Below are positions 10,353 to 19,350 of a stretch of 64,000 nucleotides of DNA, piece after piece. The translations under genes were made by a program, and so were the position numbers. A model generated the notes under the pieces. It had not been told where the DNA came from. It ran no database searches and was given only the letters and a program-made list of their open reading frames with translations. This DNA is from Shigella phage ESh20: the sequence record ON528730; one strand, written 5' to 3'. Numbering within the stretch: the stretch's first letter is position 1; each line of letters opens with the position of its first letter.

Positions 10353-10776
10353 CTTTAATCTCTCTCATTTTGTTAATAGTAAGTCGTGACAATCTTAAGC
10401 TTTCTTGTGAAGAGAAGTCAAGTCCTTTTTCAGACCGTGGGAAGTAATTTCTGTCCCAAGTATTCTCTGCATCCTGAAGCAGTTGGGATAGACTATCTAA
10501 GTCCGTTCCATTTTGCAACTTATTTTTTAAGGTATCTATCAAAAAGATTGTGTCTTTCGCTTTACGTCTTTCTGAAGATATCTCTTTCATGTGCTCAAAT
10601 ACAGAACACTTTAAACCTTCGTCGTATCCACTTGATAGTTCTATCTCATGCTGAACATCAACCATTCGACGATGTTGATAAGCATACTCCTTCTGAGCCT
10701 CGATGTAAAGTGCTTCAACTCTTTCTAAAGCTTGGACAAGGTTATTGATATCTGGGTGAACGTACATCCTCTGCAT
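10336..10776 (-). CDS. Hypothetical protein (146 aa)
   Basis: ORF track; first gene of minus-strand block. Confidence 0.5.
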   Translation of the reverse strand: MQRMYVHPDINNLVQALERVEALYIEAQKEYAYQHRRMVDVQHEIELSSGYDEGLKCSVFEHMKEISSERRKAKDTIFLIDTLKNKLQNGTDLDSLSQLLQDAENTWDRNYFPRSEKGLDFSSQESLRLSRLTINKMREIKDENCK

Positions 10777-11035
10777 GATTGCCTCTGTTAAGTATCTATA
10801 AAGATTTTAATCTCTTATCTTTATGTATGTTATACATATAACTTTAAAGCTTTTTAAAAGCTATTAAAAATCTTTTAAGACTTTTAAAGAAACTGTATAG
10901 TTAATCTATAAAGGGAGTCTATTAAGATAAAACCCACTTCGAAAAGACTAACACCTTGTCAAGTAGTTTGTCAACTTGCTTTTTGAAGAAAATTGCTGTA
11001 GGGTATTATCCAGAATGATTTGAGAGGGAGTAAAA
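10777..11035. promoter_or_regulatory. Divergent AT-rich control region between minus-strand and plus-strand early blocks
   Basis: 260 bp non-coding; 7-bp inverted repeat TATGTAT-gtt-ATACATA (10822-10838); TTGTCAAG...TTGTCAAC repeats (10956-10978); TATTAT -10-like at 11004-11009; RBS GAGGGAG before ATG 11036. Confidence 0.45.
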
Positions 11036-13735
11036 ATGGACAATGTAGATTTCGAAAAATTACATTTGGTTGGTGATACAGAAACTGATGGGTTGCTCCT
11101 TGAGTTTACAAAAGCACACGTAATGGCTTTCGCAGACTATAAAGATGACAGTGATGAACCTGCTGTGTGGGTTTTCACTGATGAGCCTATTCTTGGTCAC
11201 AAGTATACAAAATACATCAAAGGTGGTCTGCGTGAAGGTGTTGAGTTTGCACTGAAAGCTAAACGTCTTTGCATACATAATGGTTTAGGTTATGACTGGT
11301 GGGTGTTTAATCACATTGCACCTGACCTGTGGAACTTTGAGAATCCTAAGTGCAAGCCTTGGAGTGACTTCTTTCAGGATTCACTTATCCAATCTCGCGT
11401 ACAGTGGATGGATAGACCTACACCAAAAGGTTACAAAGGTGCTCATGGTTTGGCTGCATGGGGTGCTCGTGTTGGTGTTCGTAAACCAGAGATTGAAGAG
11501 TGGGGTGTCTGGAATGCAGAGATTCTTACTCGTGTTGTAGAAGATATTAAGATTAACGCCAAAACTAAACGTGCTCTTGATAATGAGTACCTCAAGCTTA
11601 AGAAGTGTGGTGTTGACACTTATGAAACCTACATGCGAGCTAAAGAAACATCTTTCTGGATGAGTCAGCAAGCTATCAACGGTTGGAAAGCTGATGTAGA
11701 ACTTATGCAGTTCCACGTTAAAGAGCTTGACAAGTTAACTAATGAGTTGGCTGCTGAGGTTGAACCACACCTTCCACCAACTATTAAGACAAAAGGTAAA
11801 GTCACAGGTGAAGAATTTGCCAAGTCTTGGAATGAGTATGTAGATACATTTGGTCACGTTGACGGTTTAAAAAGGATTACCAAGCACCCTAAGACAAAGT
11901 ATCGTGAACAGATGCGTGAAGGTGAGTTGAAGCAGTACCCTATCAAGCCATATGGTAAGCCAACCACAAAGATTTTTAATGTTGAGAAACGCAACTGCTA
12001 CACTCCAACTAACACGGTCACAAAAGAAGAGTACCCTGAAGGTTTTGTAGCAATGAAAGATGCTCGTGCAGTTTGTAATGAACTGAATGAGAAGATTGGC
12101 AAGAAGTGTAAAGATTGGAAGCCAGTTAAGACTGTGAAAACTGTGAAGTACTACAACGTTCACGTTGTTAATCACTTTGAGTTAGAGTCTAGTCGCTACA
12201 CTGGTTTGATTGATGCACCATTCACACCAATTGAGTTTGAAGTTTCACGAATGACTCAGGTAGCTGTGGTGAAGGATTACTTAAAATCCGTTGGCTGGAT
12301 TCCTGATGATTGGAACTATAAAAAAGATTCTGACGGTCGTCCTATCAAGGTTTGCAGGTTCAAAGACAACAAAAAGATGATTCGCAAACATCCTAAGTGG
12401 GATGAGATGGTTGAACGTTGTGGGTTGAACTATATTGAGCATGAAGGTGTCTACTACATCGAGCATAACTGGTCTGTTAAGAAGTACACAGATGTGCTTG
12501 AACCTTGCTTGATTAGGACTTCACCAAAGCTTACAGAGTCTTCTTATGATACAATCGAAGGTGAGCTTGGACAGAAGATTGCGAAGTACTATACTTTGAT
12601 GCACCGACGCAGGACTATTGAGAACTCAAAGGATGATGAGAAAGGTTGGCTGAACCAGATTCGTCCAGATGGTCGTTTGAGTGCAGGTGCAATGGTGTTT
12701 GGTACTTCTACTGGACGTATGACTCAGTATGGTATTGTAAACGTACCTTCTGGTGCTGCTGTTTACGGTGAGCCAATGAGGGCAGTGTGGATTTGTGAAG
12801 AAGGAACCAACGTAGTATCTGTTGATATGAACTCTGCACAGCTTGTACTACTCTGTAACTTCATGGGTGATAAAGACTTCACCAAAGCGGTAACAGAGGG
12901 TAAAGAAGAGATTGAGTTTGTTCGTCAAGAGGATGGAAGATACTACTGCAAACACTTTGACCAGTATCTGAATCCAGAGATTGACAAGTATCTGCGTTAT
13001 GACTCTGAAAACGATTTGTACGTAGTTTACTCAGGGACTGATGCTCACACTCTGAACAGTATCTACTTCAGCCTTAATGATGAGCAAGATATCTTGACTT
13101 GTCGTGCTACTCAGGATGAGAATCTTCTTCATGAGATTAGCAAGGGACGTAAGAAAGCTAAGAATGGTATCTATGCCCTGTTGTTCGGTGCAGGTGATGA
13201 GAAGTTTGCTAAAACAATTAAAGCAGCAACTACTCAGGAAGGTGCATTGACTAAGCAGACTTACTTTGTGCGTTTGCCGAAGATTAAGAAACTGTTAGAC
13301 AACTTGGAAGCTGATTTCAAAGCAACTAAGAAAGCACTTGAAGAGGTGTTTGGTAAAACTGCTGCGATAGCTAAAGGTGGTTTTGTGAAGGTTGCTGGAG
13401 CTTGGCTGTGGTGTAAGTCTCCACACAAGCTGTTAAATTACCTTTTGATGGGTTCAGAAAGTCAAGTCCAGAATGAAGCAATTAACCTTGCATGTCGTAG
13501 AGCATATGATGAAGGGTTGATGAAACTAAATGGGCGTAAGCCAGCTATTGGAGCTAGACTTCTTCTGGCATACCACGACGAAAATAGTTGGGAATGTCCA
13601 GAAAGTATGACTCAAGAAGTTAAGGCTATTACTGACTGGATGTACGGACAAGCTTCTAAAAACCTTGGACTAAGGAAAGAAACCTTGGTAACAGGTACTG
13701 GTAAAGTTGGTAAGAGCTGGTTGGAAGTTCACTAA
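11036..13735 (+). CDS. DNA polymerase, family A, with 3'-5' exonuclease domain
   Basis: Exo I motif DTETDGL; motif B-like RKKAKNGIYALLFG; motif C HDE. Confidence 0.9.
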   Translation: MDNVDFEKLHLVGDTETDGLLLEFTKAHVMAFADYKDDSDEPAVWVFTDEPILGHKYTKYIKGGLREGVEFALKAKRLCIHNGLGYDWWVFNHIAPDLWNFENPKCKPWSDFFQDSLIQSRVQWMDRPTPKGYKGAHGLAAWGARVGVRKPEIEEWGVWNAEILTRVVEDIKINAKTKRALDNEYLKLKKCGVDTYETYMRAKETSFWMSQQAINGWKADVELMQFHVKELDKLTNELAAEVEPHLPPTIKTKGKVTGEEFAKSWNEYVDTFGHVDGLKRITKHPKTKYREQMREGELKQYPIKPYGKPTTKIFNVEKRNCYTPTNTVTKEEYPEGFVAMKDARAVCNELNEKIGKKCKDWKPVKTVKTVKYYNVHVVNHFELESSRYTGLIDAPFTPIEFEVSRMTQVAVVKDYLKSVGWIPDDWNYKKDSDGRPIKVCRFKDNKKMIRKHPKWDEMVERCGLNYIEHEGVYYIEHNWSVKKYTDVLEPCLIRTSPKLTESSYDTIEGELGQKIAKYYTLMHRRRTIENSKDDEKGWLNQIRPDGRLSAGAMVFGTSTGRMTQYGIVNVPSGAAVYGEPMRAVWICEEGTNVVSVDMNSAQLVLLCNFMGDKDFTKAVTEGKEEIEFVRQEDGRYYCKHFDQYLNPEIDKYLRYDSENDLYVVYSGTDAHTLNSIYFSLNDEQDILTCRATQDENLLHEISKGRKKAKNGIYALLFGAGDEKFAKTIKAATTQEGALTKQTYFVRLPKIKKLLDNLEADFKATKKALEEVFGKTAAIAKGGFVKVAGAWLWCKSPHKLLNYLLMGSESQVQNEAINLACRRAYDEGLMKLNGRKPAIGARLLLAYHDENSWECPESMTQEVKAITDWMYGQASKNLGLRKETLVTGTGKVGKSWLEVH

Positions 13736-13744
13736 GGTGTTGAA

Positions 13745-14272
13745 ATGCTTACAAAAAATCGTTTAAAGGAGCTTTTAGAATATGACCCCGATACAGGGGT
13801 CTTTACTTGGTTACCAAGAGATGGGAATACACGTTCTGTTAAAGTTTTTAATAGTAGGTATGCAGGGAAAGTAGCTGGCAGCATTCAAGTAGACTCTTCA
13901 AAACACAAGCAGTTGGTTATCTATGTTGACAAAAAGAGTTACAAAGCACACAGACTCGCATGGCTGTATATGTATGGTGAACTCCCAGATGGTATAGTTG
14001 ACCACAAAAACGGAGACTCGCTGGATAATAGGTTTGTTAATCTAAGACTTGTTGATGATTATCAAAGTGCATGGAATAAAGGTAAGTTACTGACAAACAA
14101 ATCTGGATTCAAAGGGGTTTCCAGAAAGAAGAGAACTGGAAGGTGGGTTGCACAAATAAGCTACAAAGGTAAGAAGATACATATAGGAACTTATGACACA
14201 CCTGAAGAAGCCCATGAAGCTTACTGTGAAGCTGCTATAAAACTCCACGGGGATTTTGCAAAACTTAGTTGA
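13745..14272 (+). CDS. HNH homing endonuclease with AP2 DNA-binding domain
   Basis: HNH motif AHRLAWLYMYGELPDGIVDHKNGDSLDNRFVNLRL; AP2-like GVSRKKRTGRWVAQISYKGKKIHIGTYDTPEEAHEAY. Confidence 0.8.
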   Translation: MLTKNRLKELLEYDPDTGVFTWLPRDGNTRSVKVFNSRYAGKVAGSIQVDSSKHKQLVIYVDKKSYKAHRLAWLYMYGELPDGIVDHKNGDSLDNRFVNLRLVDDYQSAWNKGKLLTNKSGFKGVSRKKRTGRWVAQISYKGKKIHIGTYDTPEEAHEAYCEAAIKLHGDFAKLS

Positions 14273-14324
14273 CAAGGTGCTCATGGAAGAGTATCTTATA
14301 CTATATATTGTATAGGAGACTTGT

Positions 14325-14525
14325 ATGACTATTTCAGAAATTGAAGTTCAACTGCAATGTGCTGGATATTCTCAAAGTGAGATTGAGGCTATGTGCATCA
14401 TCATTTGCAGTAGCCATAAGCACCTCAAGCTTTCTAATGAAAATCTTCGCAAGGTTGATATTTTTATTGCTGGAGGTAAGATTATCAAGGATAAGACAGG
14501 CTACCTTAAAGGTGAACGTCTATGA
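14325..14525 (+). CDS. Hypothetical protein (66 aa)
   Basis: ORF track; RBS TAGGAGA upstream; ATGA overlap with next gene. Confidence 0.5.
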   Translation: MTISEIEVQLQCAGYSQSEIEAMCIIICSSHKHLKLSNENLRKVDIFIAGGKIIKDKTGYLKGERL

Positions 14526-14731
14526 GCCACCGTGGAAGAACCCATCTCGCCATGATGCAAGGTGCTTCAAAAGAGACTATCAAGAATCGGAAGAAAACTC
14601 TTTTTGACAGAATGAATAGACTCATTGATAATGCAAGCCTACCTAACTCTGAAAAGGTTTTCTTGAAAGGGAATCTGAAGAGTATTGCACAGGAACTTAT
14701 TGACATTGAATTTTGGAGACACCAAAAATGA
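14522..14731 (+). CDS. Hypothetical protein (69 aa)
   Basis: ORF track; ATGA overlaps on both sides. Confidence 0.5.
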   Translation: MSHRGRTHLAMMQGASKETIKNRKKTLFDRMNRLIDNASLPNSEKVFLKGNLKSIAQELIDIEFWRHQK

Positions 14732-14814
14732 CATACGAAGAAGCTCTCGAAGCTATGAAACAGGGCAAGAAAGTTCGAAATGAAAATTTCACATCTGAGA
14801 GTTCTTTGAAATAA
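14728..14814 (+). pseudogene. Truncated or frameshifted small ORF with DUF2829-like N-terminus
   Basis: Own translation MTYEEALEAMKQGKKVRNENFTSESSLK then stop; an overlapping frame stays open 14799-14915. Confidence 0.35.
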
Positions 14815-15037
14815 AAGACGGAAAGGTTGTATGTGAAATGGGTTACCCAATGGCTGCATGGTACAAGGGGGAACCTTGGCAGAAAACTGGATGGAGTATC
14901 TTTAATGAAACTTTATAGCATTTGGGGAAGAGTTGGTGAAGGTTATGACTGGACTCTTCTTAAAACAAATGTTAAAAGTAACGAGATAGCTTACTACAAA
15001 ATCTATTACCATAAAACTTTTAGAGAGGTAGAGTATC

Positions 15038-15289
15038 GTGAGCAATAAAGAGCAAGAAGCTTTAGCAATCTTCAAGAGCGAAGACAAATCAATAGCTTTT
15101 GTCTCAGAGGCTTGGTGCAGGGATTTGGGGTATGATTGGTATATCTTCTTATGCGCTAAGAAAGATGTTAAACCAGTTGATGAAACCCGATTCAAAGAAC
15201 TGTATAATATCTGCCAAGAGGGTTATGAAGAACATTACGAAGGTTCTTTGAATCCTGTAAATTCAAAAGCTTCAGATTTATTTTATTGA
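15038..15289 (+). CDS. Hypothetical protein (83 aa), GTG start
   Basis: ORF track. Confidence 0.45.
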   Translation: MSNKEQEALAIFKSEDKSIAFVSEAWCRDLGYDWYIFLCAKKDVKPVDETRFKELYNICQEGYEEHYEGSLNPVNSKASDLFY

Positions 15290-15299
15290 GAGGTTTGAA

Positions 15300-15545
15300 A
15301 TGTTAAAATTATTGATACCAGCTTTAGTAGTCCTACTGGTTGGATGTAACCCTTCTTATGAGAATAAGGATGCTTCTTACAGACTTCCTCCAGAAATGCA
15401 AGACTGCAAGATTTATAAACTTAATGGTGATGCCATTAGCAGGGATGTTATTGTAGTTCGCTGCCCAAATTCTCAGACGACAACTTCTTACAAGTATGGG
15501 AAGAATAGTCAGTCACACACCACAGTTTTTGATGGGGGATATTAA
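15300..15545 (+). CDS. Putative small lipoprotein
   Basis: Signal peptide with lipobox MLKLLIPALVVLLVGC. Confidence 0.55.
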   Translation: MLKLLIPALVVLLVGCNPSYENKDASYRLPPEMQDCKIYKLNGDAISRDVIVVRCPNSQTTTSYKYGKNSQSHTTVFDGGY

Positions 15546-15546
15546 T

Positions 15547-15753
15547 ATGCAGGTTCTGGTAAACTTTATCTATAAGTATGAAAACATCTTCAGCACTATG
15601 ACTGTAGCTCAACGCAATCCAGTTATTCCACGAGAAGGGGAGACTGTTGGGATTAATGATTGGAACTACAGAGTTGAAGAGGTCAAGCATAAACTTAAAG
15701 ATGGTTATGACCACCAAGTTGTAAATGTGTATTTAAAAGGTAAGTGGCAATGA
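15547..15753 (+). CDS. Hypothetical protein (68 aa)
   Basis: Start moved to ATG 15547 to avoid overlap with lipoprotein gene; ATGA overlap downstream. Confidence 0.4.
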   Translation: MQVLVNFIYKYENIFSTMTVAQRNPVIPREGETVGINDWNYRVEEVKHKLKDGYDHQVVNVYLKGKWQ

Positions 15754-16283
15754 GTGAAAAAAGGTTATTCAAAGAGTCCTACAGTAATCTGAAGATGGGT
15801 TATCAAGGCTACTCAATACCTTGGTATGAAGATAAGAAAAAACAGTATTCAAACCCTTTTATATATCAACCTGTAAAACTCTCTGTACTGGAGTTTTGGC
15901 ATGAAACTGGAGCTACGCCATACCAATTTGACAACATGGAATATGCGCGTATTTGTAAAAGTCTTGGTGCAAGACAAGTTGATAATATCATTGAACATTT
16001 GAAGGATTTGTATAAAGATTTTGCTGGATACTTATACGAGAAACAGTTTGGGGAGTGCTTAAAATACCCAGATGGGTCACTTGTTCTGCTCTCATACATG
16101 TCTAATGGTAACATAAAAATTGCATACAAAGACCTGTGTGATAACTACTATGATTTTTATACTAGATTGAGACTACCATACCCAGATAGCTCCTTTTCCT
16201 TATCTAGCAATGCAATGACGCACTCTGGGAATATTGTTTCTGTTGAAAAATTAAAAAAGACGTGGGAGAAGAAAAATAAATGA
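15750..16283 (+). CDS. Hypothetical protein (about 177 aa)
   Basis: ORF track (ATG at 15750 preferred over GTG 15744). Confidence 0.5.
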   Translation: MSEKRLFKESYSNLKMGYQGYSIPWYEDKKKQYSNPFIYQPVKLSVLEFWHETGATPYQFDNMEYARICKSLGARQVDNIIEHLKDLYKDFAGYLYEKQFGECLKYPDGSLVLLSYMSNGNIKIAYKDLCDNYYDFYTRLRLPYPDSSFSLSSNAMTHSGNIVSVEKLKKTWEKKNK

Positions 16284-17380
16284 CAATTCTGTACAAACAA
16301 AATAAAGATGGTTCTTTCAACGTCTGGTCATGTGTTGCTGTAGGTGATAAAGTCGTCACAACTTATGGTAAAGAAAATGGCAAGATGATGTTTGAAGAGT
16401 ACAAAGCAGAGCCAAAGAACATCGGTAAGAAGAATGAGCGTAATGCTGAACAGCAAGCTCTTTTTGAAGTTGCTGCTAAGTACAAGAAGCAGGTTGACCG
16501 TAAAGGGTATGCTTACACAAAATCTGAAGCAGAGAATGTTGAAAAGGTTGGTGTACAGCTTGCTCAGGATGCTTCCAAGATAAGTCACAAGAAGTATCTG
16601 GTATTTCCTGCCGATGCTCAACCTAAACTTGATGGGGTTCGTTGCAGGATTTCAAGAGATGCTGACTCAGAAAGTTTTACAGCATATTCTCGTGAGAACA
16701 CGGTATACAACATTCCTATAGAGTTGATTCCTGATGTTCTTCTTATGCTGAAACTGCACAAAGATGTTGAGGATTTCGACGGGGAGATTTATGCTCATGG
16801 TTGGGACTTGGAAGATATTGTATCTATGATTAAGAATGCTGACAATCCAGACCGTCACCTTCTTAAATTCTACTGGTATGATATCTGTGACAAGACTAAA
16901 TCTTGGCCTGAGCGTCGTGAAGTTATTGATAATTCACCAATCGTTGAACTCGGTGATGCTTGCAGGGTTGTACCTGTTCAGACAATCCGTGTTAACTCTT
17001 GGGAAGAATTTGATAATGCTCATGACAACTGGGTTAAACTCAAGTTTGAAGGGGCAATGTATCGGTCAATCTCACCAGATTCGTTCTATGAGTGTGGTCA
17101 TCGCTCTTACTTCCTGATTAAGCACAAGAAGATGCACACACAGGAATTTAAAGTAACTGGTGTAAAGACTGATAAACGTGGTCATGGTAAGTTCGTTGTA
17201 GAGACTCTTCCTAACGTCTTTGTAGATGTTTCATGGAAAACTGCACACGAGAAGAAAAAGTATCTTGCTGAACATCCTGAAGAGTTTATCGGGAAGCCTT
17301 TAACGGTTCAGTTCCAGAAGATGACTCGTAAGGGTTCTTTACAGTTCCCTGTTGGGCTAGTAATTCGAGATTATGAATAG
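16280..17380 (+). CDS. ATP-dependent DNA ligase
   Basis: Adenylation motif KLDG in PKLDGVRC; size and context. Confidence 0.8.
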   Translation: MTILYKQNKDGSFNVWSCVAVGDKVVTTYGKENGKMMFEEYKAEPKNIGKKNERNAEQQALFEVAAKYKKQVDRKGYAYTKSEAENVEKVGVQLAQDASKISHKKYLVFPADAQPKLDGVRCRISRDADSESFTAYSRENTVYNIPIELIPDVLLMLKLHKDVEDFDGEIYAHGWDLEDIVSMIKNADNPDRHLLKFYWYDICDKTKSWPERREVIDNSPIVELGDACRVVPVQTIRVNSWEEFDNAHDNWVKLKFEGAMYRSISPDSFYECGHRSYFLIKHKKMHTQEFKVTGVKTDKRGHGKFVVETLPNVFVDVSWKTAHEKKKYLAEHPEEFIGKPLTVQFQKMTRKGSLQFPVGLVIRDYE

Positions 17381-17388
17381 AGGTTAGT

Positions 17389-17538
17389 ATGTTTAGTACA
17401 ATTATCCTGTTTGTTTTTGTTGTTTTATCATTATCTTACTTCATAAGTAAACTGTTAAGTATAACATACAAAGCAGCCTTAGCCCTTACTCTGTTATCAT
17501 TTGCAGTGAATGCAGCAGTTAGGATGTATTTAGTATAA
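17389..17538 (+). CDS. Small hydrophobic membrane protein (49 aa), not in ORF track
   Basis: Own translation MFSTIILFVFVVLSLSYFISKLLSITYKAALALTLLSFAVNAAVRMYLV; RBS AGAGG 7 nt upstream. Confidence 0.4.
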   Translation: MFSTIILFVFVVLSLSYFISKLLSITYKAALALTLLSFAVNAAVRMYLV

Positions 17539-17543
17539 AGTTG

Positions 17544-17571
17544 TTGACATGAGTAACCTGACGGGTATACT
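17544..17571 (+). promoter_or_regulatory. Sigma70-like promoter
   Basis: TTGACA (17544-17549), 16-nt spacer, TATACT (17566-17571); followed by inverted repeat CTGACGGGT...ACCCGTCAG and RBS GGAGGT before ATG 17622. Confidence 0.55.
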
Positions 17572-17621
17572 GCCTATATAGAAAATTATATAGGAACCCG
17601 TCAGAAACCTCGGAGGTAGTT

Positions 17622-18002
17622 ATGAAAAAGTTACTTGTTGGTGTTGTTGCTCTTGGTATGAGTTTTAGTGCAGCAGCTATGAAGATGCCTGAAGCAAACT
17701 TTAATGGTGTTGCTTTAGAATCTTGTAAGATTGTACAGAAAATTGCTTCAAATGCTGGAGAGTTGACTAAACCGTTGTCTGCTCAGACTGTTCAAGAAAT
17801 GACTGATAAGATGGTTGACTACAACTACCATTTTATGGGAGATTACTATGACAGATTGGCAGATGAGATGGTTACTCAGAACGTTGACCTTCTTGATAGC
17901 AAAGGTATTGAGACTGTAGAAGATGTGAAAGACAACTTTATGCGTGAGTCTTTCAAAGGTGTTCAATACTTTATTGAAAATCGTCACTGCATGGGTTTAT
18001 AA
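17622..18002 (+). CDS. Secreted/periplasmic hypothetical protein
   Basis: N-terminal signal peptide MKKLLVGVVALGMSFSAAA. Confidence 0.55.
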   Translation: MKKLLVGVVALGMSFSAAAMKMPEANFNGVALESCKIVQKIASNAGELTKPLSAQTVQEMTDKMVDYNYHFMGDYYDRLADEMVTQNVDLLDSKGIETVEDVKDNFMRESFKGVQYFIENRHCMGL

Positions 18003-18004
18003 TC

Positions 18005-18208
18005 ATGAAGAAGAATATCTGTAGAACAGACTATGGTGAAGTGGTCGATGATGACGGAGTAGTTATTTACAGAGTTTGGGCTAATGATTTTGCAACAGTT
18101 GTAGAGTCTTTAGATAACTACATCAATGGGACTCGTGAAAACGTCAGAGCAACTAATCTTGATTCGTTAATAGACACTTCTCGAAAACGGAGAAAGAAAG
18201 ATGAATGA
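18005..18208 (+). CDS. Hypothetical protein (67 aa)
   Basis: ORF track. Confidence 0.45.
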   Translation: MKKNICRTDYGEVVDDDGVVIYRVWANDFATVVESLDNYINGTRENVRATNLDSLIDTSRKRRKKDE

Positions 18209-18500
18209 AGTCTTTGACCCATATGCACCTCAAGATTCTTGGGAGGCTGATAGAGAGGTTGAAATGGAGAGTTATATCTGTCCAATGGATATAGAAGAGA
18301 TGAAAGATTTTGTATCTTTCAGATTCTCTAAAGAGATTGAGAAGCTAAAACTTTCTCAGGCTCAAGTAGCAACTGTTTGTGAAATCTCACAGAGTCGTGT
18401 GTCAAATATCATTAACGACCCTCAAAAGATTTCTTTAGAGTACATGCTTAATGCTTGTACAAAACTTGGTGTAAATTTTAACTTAAGGCTGGCAGATTAA
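18201..18500 (+). CDS. Putative HTH DNA-binding protein
   Basis: Helix-turn-helix-like LSQAQVATVCEISQSRVSNI. Confidence 0.45.
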   Translation: MNEVFDPYAPQDSWEADREVEMESYICPMDIEEMKDFVSFRFSKEIEKLKLSQAQVATVCEISQSRVSNIINDPQKISLEYMLNACTKLGVNFNLRLAD

Positions 18501-18501
18501 T

Positions 18502-18861
18502 ATGAAACGTGAAAATGCAATCTTTAACGATAACTTTGCAATTGGCTTCTATGGTAAACCAACTCCAGCAGAGAAGCTTTATGGTAATGCAATTCTGGAG
18601 ACCTTGAAAGAGGTTTACACAACTGGTGGTATGAAGCATACTGAAGCAAATCGTGTAAGAGGTTATATGGCAATTGGCTCTGCAATCTCTAACATCAAAC
18701 TTGAAACTACAAGTGCTAAAAAGGTGCGAGACCACTTCATCAAAGAGTTGTCAGAGAACCTAGATGGTGTTGATGTTAAGGCTGTCTGGTTAGATGTTGA
18801 TGGTCACAACTACACAACTTTTGTGTTTAAAAATGAGGATATCAAATGTCTCTTCCCTTAA
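18502..18861 (+). CDS. Hypothetical protein (119 aa)
   Basis: ORF track. Confidence 0.5.
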   Translation: MKRENAIFNDNFAIGFYGKPTPAEKLYGNAILETLKEVYTTGGMKHTEANRVRGYMAIGSAISNIKLETTSAKKVRDHFIKELSENLDGVDVKAVWLDVDGHNYTTFVFKNEDIKCLFP

Positions 18862-19349
18862 AACTCAATTTATACTTTGGGTACAGTGTATTGCAAGGCA
18901 GCATACTGTCACTACCAAAGTCAGATTATCGTTGTGATTTAGGTTCTGTGAAACGTGCATCACACTTTAACAACAACATCTTAGGCTTGCAGACACTTCA
19001 CAGGTGGCTTGAGGAAGATGGACGGTTGAATGAATATCTTCACCAACTAGAACTAGCCAAAGAAGAAGGGCATATGGGTTGGAATTTACTACCCCATCTG
19101 TACAAACCTGCAAGTCCTATGGAGATACGCTATAACGAACAAGCAATTGATAGCTATAACAAATATAATATAACTATTGGCTCAAGACCTTGGAAGGAGT
19201 ATGGAAAGCTCCGTGAAATCATTATACAGACCATTGGAAAGCGTGTAGCAAAAGGTATTGCTTATGATGAAAAGGTTGACTGGAATACACAAAAGTGTAT
19301 AAAATTCTTCAAGTACGATAATGACAAAGATACTTTTGTAGAGGTTTAA
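18846..19349 (+). CDS. Hypothetical protein (167 aa)
   Basis: ORF track. Confidence 0.5.
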   Translation: MSLPLKLNLYFGYSVLQGSILSLPKSDYRCDLGSVKRASHFNNNILGLQTLHRWLEEDGRLNEYLHQLELAKEEGHMGWNLLPHLYKPASPMEIRYNEQAIDSYNKYNITIGSRPWKEYGKLREIIIQTIGKRVAKGIAYDEKVDWNTQKCIKFFKYDNDKDTFVEV

Positions 19350-19350
19350 C

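Noticed and set aside
11060-12466. Minus-strand ORFs (72-111 aa) inside the DNA polymerase gene
   Set aside because: Antisense to a gene with multiple conserved polymerase motifs; no RBS.
14827-15048. 73-aa ORF with TTG start
   Set aside because: Depends on a non-ATG start without a clear RBS and overlaps the alternative reading frame of the disrupted DUF2829-like gene; status unresolved, so not called as a gene.
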